In this document: positions 39,701 to 56,479 of the stretch, one piece after another
Numbering within the stretch: the stretch's first letter is position 1
Layout of the letters: every line of letters starts with the position of its first letter
NCBI RefSeq assembly: GCF_009914755.1
Contig: NC_060926.1
Length of the DNA stretch: 64,000 nt
Source: the human T2T-CHM13v2.0 reference genome, Homo sapiens
Reading direction: 5' to 3' (one strand)
The notes under the pieces: model-generated
The model's database searches: none
The model's input: only the letters and a program-made list of their open reading frames with translations
What the model was told of the DNA's origin: nothing
Made by a program: the position numbers and the translations under genes

Positions 39701-39897
39701 AGGATTACCAGATTTAGCAAATAAAAATACAGGATGCTCAGTTACATTTGAATTTCAGATAAATTATTGTTGATTTTAGGATTATAGTTTTAGGATAAAT
39801 ATGTTCCCTGCAATATTTAGGTTGTTTGTACTAAAACTTATCTGTTTATCTGAAATTCAAATGTAAGTGCATGTCCAGTATATTATCTGTCAACCCT
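39701..39897. mobile_element. MER53 palindromic hAT-type MITE
   Basis: Termini 'aggattaccagatttagcaaataaaaatacagga' / 'tattatctgtcaaccct'; arms are inverted repeats. Confidence 0.85.
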
Positions 39898-40199
39898 TCT
39901 CAAGGATAATTTTATCAACTCTAAGAAGCAATAGAGCCCCCTGACTTTTTGGAGCTGGCGAACTAAGGACACACCCCCTACCCACAACATTGAGGTCCTG
40001 TGAGATTTTCCATGTGTCTTTTAAGGCCAGAGTCAAATTCAGTCCCAGGAATGAGCACATAGTGCAGGAGAAGCCTCAGAAGAGTTCACAGCCCCCATGG
40101 TCGTTGAGAGAGAGTTGGTTGTGTGTATGTGTAGGTGCGGGTGGGTAGGTGTTTCTTGTACTCTCTTGATTCTATTTTATAACAGACACCATCCTTTAC

Positions 40200-40850
40200 C
40201 TGGGGATATGACGAATACTTTCCTAGGTATAGTCAGGAATACTGTATACTACTGTTTTTTATCCCACCTATTTATCCCAATCTGGATTGTCACTTTACAC
40301 CTGGCTATTTCTATAGCTTCCTCACCTGTCTCTACCCCTCTAGCTCCTCTATCCAAACACCTGTGCCTATAGTGATGTATCTAACCACAGAATCATCACT
40401 CCCAAGTAAAGCCTGAGCTCCTTAGTGGGGCAGTCAGCATATTCCATGGTCTGGCCCCTATCTTCACCGACTTGCATTTCCTTCAACTCTCAGCTTATAC
40501 TTGGGTCGCACAGGACTTTTTGTAGAACACGTAGTTTTCATTCATACTTCCATGGCTTTCTATGTTGTCCCCTTAACCTGATTACCATTCTAAATTCCAG
40601 AACAGCAAACTCTTATTCATCTATGCTTTATGCCGAGCTCCATGCTAGCCCCTCAGGTGGCTTTAGTCATTTTCTTTTGTAGCTCCCATTGTAGTTTGTT
40701 AGCACCCCCAGACTCTCTCTTCAACTACAAATACCAATTTATGTCTGTCTCTTCCTAGGTCTACTGGGGAAGGCTCTGTGACTTGCTCTTTTTTGCTGCT
40801 GGAAAGTCTAACACTTGCAGTAGGTGCTAAATTAGAGTCTATTCACTCAA
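40200..40850 (+). mobile_element. L2 fragment
   Basis: 'aaactcttattcatct...tgtctgtctcttcc...gcagtaggtgctaaatt'. Confidence 0.5.
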
Positions 40851-41475
40851 TGGAGGAACTGGGGAAGGTATGTGAGGAATACCGCCCAGCATCTATCTAG
40901 GAGGTAAACCACGGTAGGAATGGGCTAACGGTGTGTATCAACTTATACGAGATTCTCCTTAAGAATCATACAGTAGAAATTTAGTTTCTGTTTAGAAAAT
41001 AAGCTGGAATGATGTGAACCTTCACTGTGGTATATTATACTGCAAGTGATGGGAGATTAGCTATACAGAGTTTAAAAGGTTTCTCTGTCCTGGGTATAAT
41101 GGTACAAACATTTCTTCTTGAATGAACTTTATGAGTTTCATTACTATGGAAATATAGATTTTTCTCCTCTTGGTCATTTAATTTCTGCCCAGGTGAGGTA
41201 GTTGTGGGTGTTGCAAATTTCAAAGGCACCTGAGGTTTGATTTGCAAGAATTAAAGATGAGACTAGACATTTCTTGAATAGACCACTGTAGTGAATGGGC
41301 TGTAGACTGCCCGAGATGTTCAGTCAGCGGAGAAAGAGTCTACTGAAAACCTAAGTATTGTTTACCTTTTGGAAAGTAAAATCTCTCCCAATCTTACTAA
41401 GCAAATTCATCTACATTCACCTACAGCATGTATGGGGTCGGGGGGTGGGGGCAGAAAATCACCTTGCCTGACCTT

Positions 41476-41489
41476 CCAGTAGGGGGAGC
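41476..41489 (+). promoter_or_regulatory. Candidate CTCF site
   Basis: CCAGTAGGGGGAGC, 13/14 match to CCASYAGRKGGCRS. Confidence 0.4.
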
Positions 41490-44400
41490 AGAAGAAAAAC
41501 AGCCTCCTTTGATTGACGGTTGGACCTCCAGGCTGGTTGAACAGCTAGAATAATTTGAAATGCAATTGAGCACTGAGAATGTAACTAGATTAATGTCTTA
41601 TGAAATATATATGCTTTTATATTGATGTGTTCCTTGGAACTCCTAGGAGGAGCACCCCTTACTTTTATAGGGACTTATTATTCTCTTAGCACCTCTGGAC
41701 ATTTAATTTAGTTTAATCTGGTTCTGGACATGGTTAAGGTTGCCTGTATCTAAGACAAGCTACTTTAATTTGGGATTTTAAACCACAATATCCTGTTGAG
41801 AAAAAAAGTGTCAAAATTCTAGAGAGCTTCTTTAGAGTGAAATATTATTACTAATTTGGGATTCGAAATCCAGGTAAATAGAGGTTCTGGTAAAATATTG
41901 CTTATGCCCTGAGAGCAATTTCCAGAGTAGACAGTGGAGGAGATTTTTCATTATGCAGCCTCACTATTCTGATTTCAGAAATCAGTGCCCCTTGCATGTG
42001 TCTGCTTTATTTGTGTATAATTTTATAAGACAGGATCTATGAAAGAAAATGAGAGGAGAGGTAGTTACTCCATCCTTTATAGGCCAACAAAACAAAGGCT
42101 CTAAATCCAGATTAATTCTGCGTATGTTACTTCCTTACAGCCTTTAAGGACTTTCCATAACTCATAAGATAAAACCCAGACTCCCTGGCAGCACGCAAGC
42201 TCTGCTCCAGTCTGTCCGGTACTCCCCTCCTCCAACCTCAACACCCAGCCTCTGAAGCTTCATCCCCTGATCTTCACAGTGCATTCTCACTGGGAGCCAT
42301 CTGTACTGGACCACCTACCTTTCCCCAAAAGCCTAGTAGTTGTATGCCTTTGCTCAAGCTGTTTCACTTGTGTGGAGCATTCTTCTCCTCTACTTGGCAC
42401 ATGTAAAAGTCCTCCTCATCCAGAGTCCTGGTGAGAATGCTGTTCACTTACCAGCTGTTCTGTGAAGCTTCTCCTTTTCCTACAACACCCCCTACAAAAA
42501 CAGCTAAAACTGGCCAAATTCATCCTCTCCCATTTGAACTTCTGGTGTAGCACTTTCTCCAAACATTTAATGATCATGCCGTCCATTTAATATTACAGTT
42601 TTCAGCCCCTAAACTATGTCAAACATAGTCTGTTTAAGTTAATGAGAACCTGATTGCCTTCTGAAATAAGTTTGAGGAAGGTGTCTTGGCACTTTGATCT
42701 TTGATTGGTTAGTAACTAGTATCTGGTCTATAGTAGGTCCTCGATCAATACTGACTTAATTCTCTGAATCTAATTTAATTCAAAAACAACTATTCTACAG
42801 CAAGAACAGTAAGTTGTATTTTGAAATTAATGTCCTAGTGGGAGATAAACTCCTTAAACATGTGTTGGGTCCCTAATAAAGGCAAGCATTTTTTTTTTAA
42901 TTTCACGTGGATACAAAGCATAGTCTAGATTTCAAGAACGAGACAGGACAAAGGAGACAGGCCCACTATTAGCTATAATCCATTATAGCCTGGAATATAG
43001 GTAATTACCCAGGTATAATTTTTTAAAAAATACCATAGGAGTTCAAAGGAAGAATCACTTGAAGGTATACATCAGCTTCAAAAAACAGTCATTGACTGGC
43101 ATGGCATATTTGGATGATGTTTCTGAGATAATTACACATTTTTGTTAATTTTTTATTATTAGGTAGAAATATAGATAAATATACTTTCTTGTTATTTAAA
43201 TATAATAGACTATCTTCTGTCATTGTATATTAAATACTATTTTAGAGTGAGTTTGGTCTTATGAAGTCTGTAGAAGTACAGTTTAAATGTGTTTAAGCGA
43301 AGTCCTTTTGATGTTGAACTACCAAGATCAGCAGATTATTAGCATTAGATTTAACAATTAATTCACCTCCCAGTGTATACTTGTAGACATGGTCTTTGAT
43401 TGATAGATTGATTGGATGCCTAAGATTCAGTTCACAGGGTTGGGACAGGTTCTTTAATCGGTAACTGTGAAAATGCAAGAGCTTCTTGGAGTGGGGCTGG
43501 ACCCAAAGCCGTGATGACCTGAGAGGATAGTCTCACCCAAGGAGAGAGGCCGAGCTGATAGACAGGAAGACAGGTTCATAGGCCAGTGCTGAGGAGCTAG
43601 GGGAGCTATAAAGAGAAAGAACAAGCAGGATGTTGGAGCTATGAGGACAACTATCAGATGCAGTGTGCAGAATGTTGCAGGACCAAGACCCTTTTCCAAA
43701 GTAGAAATAATAATTGAGGTGCAACAGTTGCTAAAAGGGAATTAACAACTCTAAAAAAATGGTATTGGCTCACAATCTATATAAATATTTCAATTTTAAA
43801 GCATATTGTGTTTAATTTAAAATGGCCTTCTGAAGGAAAAAGCAAAACAGAAAACCTGTTAACTTTGACAGTATTCTTTCAATATAAATAATTGAATTTC
43901 TTTGAAGAAAAACAAATCTGAGCCTCTTGTCCAAAGAAATCTTGAATTTGCTCATGTGTTTCCAATGGCCTTTGGCACATAGCATTGGCTTTCTAAATGC
44001 CTCTAATAACTACAGTAAATGTCTCTATGAAATTCAGCACATCATACAAATGAAATGTTCCTTCTTGTGTGCAATTCCCATTTACTTTAAGAAGGAGAAA
44101 TTCCAGATTATATACAAAGATTGATAAGTTTGCCAAAATATCCAGGTATATAACCATCAGCTTCTGGACTGCAATTCCTTAATGTTAATGAATTCCAAAG
44201 AAAAACAGCTGACTTTATGCATTTATTTTAATAAGGCTGTGAAAACAGTCCATTTACAGTGTAAAAACCCCTTGTCTTTTAAAAATGCTAGACGGAATCT
44301 TTTAATAAATTAAATTTATCTGCCTGTCAAATTGACAAGAACCTTCAAGGAGTATTGCTGATGTTGTAGTTCTACTTTTCCAATAGGATTACATCTGGAA

Positions 44401-46256
44401 TTTAATAAGGGCTGCTTAGAGGAAGAATCTATCCATCAGGGTAATTTTAAGTAACAAATATTTATATAATATCTTAAGTCTCCAACCTTATAGGGCCACA
44501 ATGATTTTGTTTCCTTTGAAAAAACCTTTTATTACTTACAATAGTGTCCTGAATATCATATTTGCTTATAAAGATGAAATAACGCAAGGAGGCAACTAAG
44601 TCTACAACATCAGAAGAATAATTATTGACATTTGCTCAGAAATGTATAGCTTACATAGTCAATTGTCCTCATGACCAACCTTGTGTCTGTCAGGTCTTAC
44701 TGTTCCCTGCATACAAATAGGGACACTGAGGCTTGGAAGGGGAAAACACCCAACTCAGTATCACTTATCTTGCATTTAGTACACCCAGCACTTTAACTCA
44801 GGGGTTCTGATCCAAAACGTTAACATCTGTCTGTCCTTTGTAAGATTTTCCTGGAATAATCAAATGTCTCCCTCCACCTTTTTCTTATAGAACAAAACCC
44901 ATTTAATGTTTTCAGTGAATGCCTGGGGTATTTATATCAAAGTTCTAGTAGTGGCCAGTTAATGAAGATGAGCTCTTAATTTTTCACAATGATCTACCTT
45001 AGAGAGGTAGGTATCAGGGTATTCAAAAAGGCAAATCCATTCAAACTCTGGACCAATTGTATAACACACACTAACCACCTATACTTGATGTCCAACCTCC
45101 TGGAATGAAAGTCTCAAGTACATGTCCAAATGTCAAAATGGAATCAAGCCTCAATTTTCAGATTCTTTTGTTTTTCATCCTCAACTTTAGAAACAGAGGT
45201 GCATCTGTTGGATAATAGTCAAGGCGTCTGTGTCGGTAACCAGGGGTCCAAGGTAATTCTCAAAGGACTTTTCATTTATTCATCAATAAATACTATGCTA
45301 TTGATCATGTGTTGGGAAAAATGTCTTTCAAAAATAAGTTGAACAAGAACAAACGTCAATGCATAGCATGCTTTTAATAAGAAGTTAAATATTCTGGATA
45401 AAAAGTGTATTTGCAATTTTAATCAAAATTTTTCCAGCAACAACCTGCAATAGTTGTACAAAATAATAACTGTTTAGTGACTGGCCAGGCCTAACAGCAG
45501 GGTAATGACATGAGACAGGCCAGGCACTAATCTGGATGAAGGACCTATTTACACATGTAAAGATCCCTATTTAACTTAGCTGGAAGAGCATTACCATGAG
45601 ATGCTGCAGTAAAACAAGTTACCCATGACCATTCTCATTAAAACATATCTGGTATCCATTTCTAAATTAGATTAGTTATTCCTCATGAACCATGAACTCA
45701 CTGGAGATCAAAATAGACCCAAATAAATGAAACCCACTCAGTAAATAGTCTCAGAGAAAGATGGTATATGGGAAAGGACATTGGACTTGAAAAACACGTG
45801 GCTACACATCCAACTCTTTGCTTCTTGGACAAGTCACTGCCCTGAGCCTCTATCCCTCAGCCTTTTAACAGGAGACTATGAACCCTAACTCACAATGTTA
45901 GGATGAAGCTGACTAAATGTCTATAAATCTGTCCACCCACAATCCTTTGTACATAAAAGGCAATCAGCAGACATTAGCTGAATTAAGTTAAAATACTAAG
46001 TGAATTTTCTTTTATCACTGAGATTGCAGGTTTCCCAATTTTTGAATGTGTTTTATTTGTCTTTATAGGTGATAAATCTTTGGAGAGAATGGGTCTTCTC
46101 TTACTTATTTTTTAACCCCCTTAGCTGAATTTCAGACATGAAGTAGTTCAAACACTTCTTGATAAAAGTCAAAGGGCAACTAAAATTTTATCCAAATAGA
46201 GGTGCTCTGAGGACAATGAAAATGGGTGTTTCTTAGAATGAATATATGAACTACTT

Positions 46257-46597
46257 GCTGTGGACTCAATAATTTTACCCTCCCCAAATCCATATGTTGA
46301 AATCCTAACCCCCAAAGTGATGATATTAGGAGATGGGGCCCTTGGGAGGTGTTAGGTCATGAGGGTGGACCCCTCATGAATTGGAATAGTACCCCTATAA
46401 AAAGACACTTAAGACCTTGCTTTTTCTCTCTATTAGCCATGTGAGGATACAATGAGAATATAGCAATCTGTAACTATTAAAAGGGCCCTCACCAGAACTT
46501 GATCATGCTGACACTGTGATCTCAGATTTTCAGCCTCCAGAACTGTGAGGATAAGTCACTCAGTTCATGGTATTTTAACCCAAATGGACTATGACAC
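46257..46597 (+). mobile_element. MLT1A-type solo MaLR LTR
   Basis: 'catatgttgaaatcctaacccccaaagtgatgatattaggagatggggcc...cagcctccagaactgtgag...ggactatgaca'. Confidence 0.85.
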
Positions 46598-47043
46598 TAT
46601 TCTATTAAAGGAAGTACAAATACTTCCTCCTAATATTTTATTCAATGACTGCATCTAAGCTGCACTGAAAGTCTAAAAATAGTACCCACAGCTGTGTTCC
46701 CATGGCCAGAGGATTCTCCAGGCATTATCCTCCTACCCTTCACTGAGAACTATTGCACTCTCGTCTATGTTCACTGCTTTTAAGGACTTCCCAATGCTTA
46801 CAGTTAACTTCTCTGCCCTTTCAACTGAAAACTCTATTGCAAGGTTTATCTCTGTTGTATATTGGAGGAAGGTCTTACACGCATGATTCTTTATTATAAA
46901 AGTTATGTTTTTATTTGTGTCTTTACTCAGACTTTTAAAAGTGAGAGGAAAATTGTATAAATATTGTATCCCTCAGTCTGTAGAGGCATCAGTTCCTCAT
47001 AGACTCTGTCTCCCCTTTGGAGCCTCTGCCTATTTTATTAGCA

Positions 47044-47531
47044 CAGCAGTTCTCAACCTTCTTGGTCTTAGGGCCTTTAAATTACTGGGGAGGCCATAGA
47101 GTTTTTTTCTATGGAAATTATATTTGTCAACATTTGCCACGATAGAAATAATACTAGATTTTAAAATATTAACACTTTTTAAAATTCCAAATCACAAAAC
47201 TATTACCTGTCACATAGTGATGCTTTTTGTAAAAGGAACTATATATTCCAAAGAGAAGAGTGAGAAGAGTGGCATTGTTTCACACTTTTGCAAATTTTTT
47301 AAATGACTGTTTTAATAGAAGACAACTGGATTCTTATGTCTGCCTTTGCATTCAAACTGTTCTCATATAACACATCCTGTAACCTTTGTCAAACCCCTGT
47401 AAACACTTGTATAAGAATTAGAGGAGAAAAGCCAAAATGGTAGAATTGTGAAAATGGTTTTGAGCTTGTGCATCCTGTAAAAGAGTCTCCGGGATCCCAC
47501 AGGATTCAGGACCACACTTTGAGAACCACTG
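47044..47531 (-). mobile_element. hAT-Charlie element (MER119-like)
   Basis: TIRs 'cagcagttctcaa' / 'ttgagaaccactg'; 'gagaagagtggcattgtttcacacttttgcaaat'. Confidence 0.75.
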
Positions 47532-48538
47532 CAATGAGATCTTGCCTAGCTTTCCAAGTAGCTTCCAACTAGCTTCTCCTGGTGTTCATACTCAGGACGT
47601 CCATCTGCCAAATCACCACATCAGTGAAATACACATGTAACTGGCATGAAGTAATACAATCAAAACTATCCTGTTTTTTTGAATCCCACATTTATTCATG
47701 AAGGTAGTTTCTCCCCTGTCACTGGGTAAAGTCAGGCCAGTTCATTAATGTTTCTCTTCTCTCTTAGGTAACAGAAAGTTCTATGGTGCTCCAAGTTGCA
47801 GAAACAAAATCTCAAGTGGAGCTTGAAAAGCCTATACCCTTCAAAGAGTCAATTTACAACTTCATTAAAAGTCCTGGGACTTGCCTCTCTCCCAGTGGGA
47901 ACAGCTTTGCCTGTCTTTTACTTTTTGACCTATGTTGATAACTCTAGACCCCACTCCTCTAGAGCATGAGCATGTGTAGGGGTTGGGGGAGGGGGGATGT
48001 GGAGAGGATGGTGGAGGAAGGCTAGTAAAGCAGTCAGGAAATATATGACTTCATTGGCACTTTTATTAAATAAAAACATTGTGTTTTTCTTGTGCCTAGC
48101 AGAATTTTAGAGTTGGATCTTTGTCTCATGGATGCTCTTAGGAGACCCACCAACCACCAACTCCTTGTATTGCAACTGGACCCCCTCGACCTGGGTGAAT
48201 GTACTCTTTTCAGCAACCATATCCTCCCTCCTGTTGCCAGGTAAGGTGAGAAGCAATTCCTCTGCCTAGAAGCTCTGCCGGGTGAAATATCAGGAGATCC
48301 CACCCAAGCTTTCTCTTGCGTGTAGCCTATATCCAGCACGGGAGCATAGGCTAATCCTGCAGTTGGCCAGCCTCTTGTCCTCTGGATATCCTGGGATGGA
48401 ATCCTAATGAAGGAAACTCCAGTGGTTTACTGAAGCCCTTTGTGCTAGGCCTGAGGTGAGATAGAATTGCTCCATCCTATGCCCAGGAGGCCTGCGTGGA
48501 CTCACAGTGCACCACCATCCTCAGAAATCCTCTCTCCC

Positions 48539-48897
48539 TGTAGGCTGTGGTCTGAATCTTTGTGTCTTCCCAAAATTCATATGTTGAAATCCTAACGCCC
48601 CAGGTGATGATATTAGAAGATGGGGCCTTTCAGGAGTTGACTAAAACTTCAGGGAAAAGCCCTCACAAATGGGATTAGTTCCCTTATAAAATAGGTCCAA
48701 GGAAACTTGCTCACTTCTAACACCATGTGAGGACACAGTGAGAAGGCACCATCTATAAGCCAGAAAGCAGTCCCTCACCAGACATAGATCTGCTGGCACC
48801 TTGATCTTGGACTTCTCACCCTCCAGAACTGGGAGAAATAAGTGTATATTGTTTATAAGCTACACAGTTTATGATATTATAGCAGCCCAAACAGACA
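48539..48897 (+). mobile_element. MLT1A-type solo MaLR LTR
   Basis: 'ccaaaattcatatgttgaaatcctaac...ccatgtgaggacacagtgagaaggcaccatct...ttgatcttggacttc...agcagcccaaacagaca'. Confidence 0.88.
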
Positions 48898-49199
48898 TTG
48901 TATTTCCTCAATGTTGGTTTAAGAGTTGTCTGAACCAGTTTCTTGTTATCATACTGTGGATGTTTCTAGCTCTCACTGTAGCATTCCACCTCTTTTCTGT
49001 CTCAGTGACTTAGTCAAAGCATCTAGTTGAACACTCTGTTATTTAAAGAAACCAGCATTCACTGGCTGTTCCCAGCTCCAGGAACTCAGGTGGATTCATA
49101 ATTTGTTCTGTTTCCTTGCTCTTAGGAAAAGTACTGACAGCTCATAATTGGTTGTATTTCTTAGGATATTTGCATTTAAACTAGAAGCAATGCTTTCTT

Positions 49200-52480
<3,281 letters not shown>

Positions 52481-52988
52481 ATAAGTTTTTAAAATATTTA
52501 AGTTTGTTGAATGAATAATTCAATAAATGAAACAATCAATGAAATCCAGTGTAAATTAAATTGAAAAACACTCTTGTATTAGAAACGAGGAAATATGTTT
52601 GTTTTGTTTTGTTTTTATTTTGCCTCATTCTCCCTGTAATGAGCTATGAGACCTTTCATCAAGTCACTTTTCCACTTTGGACCTCTGTTCCTTTTTTCTC
52701 AAAGTTGGAGACTGAATTAAATGATCTTTAAATATCCTCCAAGTTCTAAAAGTCTGTAAGGCCTGTTCCAGATGTCACTTACATTTATAATTTTTATGAA
52801 CTTTTATTGAAATAACTGGCTTCTTTTGTTATTCTTTATACTCATTCAGACACTTCCCATTATCCCTTGGCTTTCCTAATAGCTTCCCATATGGTCCTGT
52901 TAACACAAACTGCCTGTGCCAATCAATAGCTATTTTTCTCATTCTAAGTTAGCTTCTTTTTCTGGTTTATACATCCATTTTTAAAGAA

Positions 52989-53349
52989 TATCTTAGTCCA
53001 TTCAGGCTGCTATTAAAATACCAAACTACCCTGAACTGGGTAGCTTATAAACAACAGAAATTTATTTTTCATACTTTGGAGGCTGGGAAATCCAACATTA
53101 AGGCTTTGACAGATTGGGTGTCTGGAAAGGACCCTCTTCCTCATAGACATCTGTCTTCTCACTCTAACCACAAATGGCAGAAGGATTGAGAGGTCTCTCC
53201 AGGGCCTGTTCCATGTAGAAATGAATTCCATTCATCTCTCCAAAGGCCTAATCACCTCCCCAAAGTCCTACTTCTTAACATCCTCACTTTGGGGTTAAGG
53301 ACTTCAACACACGAATTTTAGGAGGATAGAAACATTCAGAACATAGCAG
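52989..53349 (-). mobile_element. MLT1A0-type solo MaLR LTR
   Basis: 'tcttagtccattcaggctgctat...cttataaacaacagaaatttattt...aaacattcagaacatagca'. Confidence 0.85.
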
Positions 53350-56300
53350 AGAGTAGGCTTGGCACAAATCTTTGCCCGTATATTTTTTGTACCTACAAAA
53401 CTGAAAAACAGCTCTAGTGACTCTATCTAAATAACCAGCTTGTATTTTTAGAAAACCACATTCTGGGCCATAAGGGAAATCAATGAGAAGAATTCCAAGT
53501 CTTCCACTGATGGTTCTTGATCAGATAGGATTGAAGACACCAAAAATATCCTACTATTCCTGTGACAAAAAAACTATTAGCTATATGCCTTTAAACACTC
53601 TCCCTGTCTACAATAAGGGCAAGTCTAATATTGAGTTCTCTACACAGCTTCCAAGAATAAACATTATTTATCTTGCACCTTGGTGTGACTAAGTTCTGAA
53701 AAAGGAAGTGCAAACAGGAGTGATGTTCGGTTTCCTGACTGGGCCCTGGAGGGATGAGGTGTGCCCCTCCCAACTCTATTTTCTCTTTCCTGCTGGCGGG
53801 CATGGAGATGAAGTAGTGCACAATTTACGGCTTTATAGACAAAGAAAACTCTGAGAATGTTCGAGAAACTGGATCAAAAGGAGCCTGGGCTCCTGAGAGA
53901 TTCATAGCCCACAGCTGCCATCTCCATGGCATCTTCAGGCTTTTTGAAAGAAGCAAAGTAATTTCTGCCTTGTGTATACCACAGTTACTTTCAATTTTTG
54001 TCACAAGGTGCTGAAACTATATACTAACCAATATACTCCTTAAATGTGTTATTGGAACAAAGCACCATGTGTTATTGGAACCATTACTAGTGACTTTCTA
54101 TAATATGCAGATGGAACTAGACCACTGCACTACCCTCTTTCCTAAAGTTTTTAAATTTAATGTTAACATTCAAGACAAGACTATTCTTCCTCTCTTCTTA
54201 ACTTGGCTCTGTATCTTGCAAGAGGCCAAACACTGAAAACAAGAAAATTCAGCACTGGGACTGATACTCAAACTGACCTTAAGATACTAACAAATGAGCC
54301 AATTTATCACGGTCTAGGCTTTTTGGAGGACTATTTTCAGAAAATACCTGGGAAAGAGAATAATTTAAAGTGTAGGGGTCAATAATCTGAACTCATTAAT
54401 ATCATTCATTAAGGAAACAAAAAGCATGGTTCTTTGGACTGGATAGTTAAAGGTGTTTTGAAATTCTCTCTTCTTAGAGAAACAGCGAATGTCTCTTATG
54501 GTAAAGACCAGAAAGAGAGAGATGGAGAGGTGTAAAATTTAGAGAAGAATGAGAAATGCATAAATGGTTAGAGATGCAGAATATGTAAGGCATCAACACA
54601 ATATATTTTGCAAAATTGATCCATCTTATGGATAATAGATTAGGAACATAGATATCCTTTCTCATACTTATTGTTTGCTACTACTGCCACCAAGGGAAAA
54701 GGACACAGAAGATACTGCACTCAATTGTTATTGATTCAACATTTCCTATATGCTGGGCATTCTTCAGGTGGCTGGTGAACAGAATAAAGTATCTGCCCTC
54801 ATGCAGCTTACATAGGGGAGACAAACAATAAGTGAATACACAAAAATATACCAGATAATATGAAGTGTCCATAAGTGCAACAAATAATTTTAAAAGTCCA
54901 ATAAATACATAGTGAATTATGTGATGGGGAAACGTGCTGTTTTAGAATGAATGGTGAGGTCTGCCTCTCTGATCAATCGATATTTAAACAGAATTTTGAA
55001 TAAAGTGAGAGAGTGGCAGAGAGCCATATCTAGGAGAAGACTTTTCCAAATACAGGGAACAGTAACAGAAAAGGCCCTGAGGGTGGAGAGAACAGGATTC
55101 TTTCAAGCACAGATAGCAAACCATCACAAGAATGCTGCCACTCCCCCATCCCCCACCCAGCCATGTCCAGGGAAGATGACACAGGTATGAATCCCTGCAC
55201 TTCTCACTGAACTAAGACAGGTACAGAGTATTTCTGAACACTAAGAGTAAGTGCTAAGATGAAAACCATTTCTTGTCACTGCCTTACAGGTTAGGCTTCT
55301 CAGTTCCCGACCATAATCCTATCTTCAGATTGTTTGACTTTCCAGTGTCACTGACACTATAATGGATATGGTTGGAAGAGGGGATAGGAAAGTCACCTTG
55401 TTGGGGATACCTCATAGATTAATTTCTTATACTTCATACTATGCGGTATTGCTATGTATCAGGCACTCTGCTAAGTCTTAAGAATACATAAATAAATTAT
55501 TTCGTTGTGTCATAAATAAGAAAGATATGGAAGAAAAATCATTACAATACAGTGAAAGAGATACTGTGAGAGCTCTAAAAATCATACGCCTAAATTGACA
55601 GGTAATGGAGCATTGCCAGGAAAGGACTCATGGGAAGTGGGAAGGGCAAAGGCTTTAGGACCTAATAGTCTTGTGTTTTATCCCAATTGTGTCACTTTTT
55701 AGCTAGCTGTGTGACTTTTGTGCTATTAAATTTACCTCCCTGAGACTAAGATAATATTTGCTAATCATGTGGTCATAAAACTTAGAAAGAGGTACTGTAA
55801 GCACATTGCATGGAGGCCAGCACATAGTAGACACTCAAATAGTAGTTTTTATTTTTAAAAAGTTGACATAGATGCAGCATTTGTGAACACTGTTGAGTGT
55901 TTAGATTGCCAGATGCACACAAAAGAGGAAGCAAGATTCTATGTGTTTAATCAAAGACTCATGAAAAAAAGCATAACATTATTTTTAACTTGCACTAATA
56001 CAAAATAATATGCAAATTGTTTATATGATACTATTGATCATAAAATACATCCCAATATTAGAGACATTGAAATATGAAAAATGTGCATCATTGAATCAAT
56101 AAAAATGTACTTACATGTTTTGGTTTTATAGCTGGAATGCAAGATACAGGTGAAAGTGAAAATAAGAGAAGTTGGATAAGCAAAAAATAGTCATGAAGTA
56201 TATTTTATATCAAATTAAGAAACCAGGACATTACCCTGTGGGCAAATGAGAGCGCCCTTAAAGATTTTAAGTTCTGAAGCGGTAGAAAAAGCTTGGAGGT

Positions 56301-56479
56301 ATGACGGTATGGATTAGAGAAATGGCAAGACACAAGTGAATTAGGAAATATGTGGCATCCTTTAGACCAGAGATTATCACTTTGTGTACTACAGTCACCT
56401 GTGAAGAGTTTCAAGGAATGTGATAATTTTTGTTTTCAGTCTTTTTTTTTTACCATGATGAATCTAGTTAGAAATGTAT

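Noticed and set aside
39800-39840. miR-1302 family gene within MER53
   Set aside because: The segment corresponding to the mature miRNA is heavily diverged and the central stem is broken
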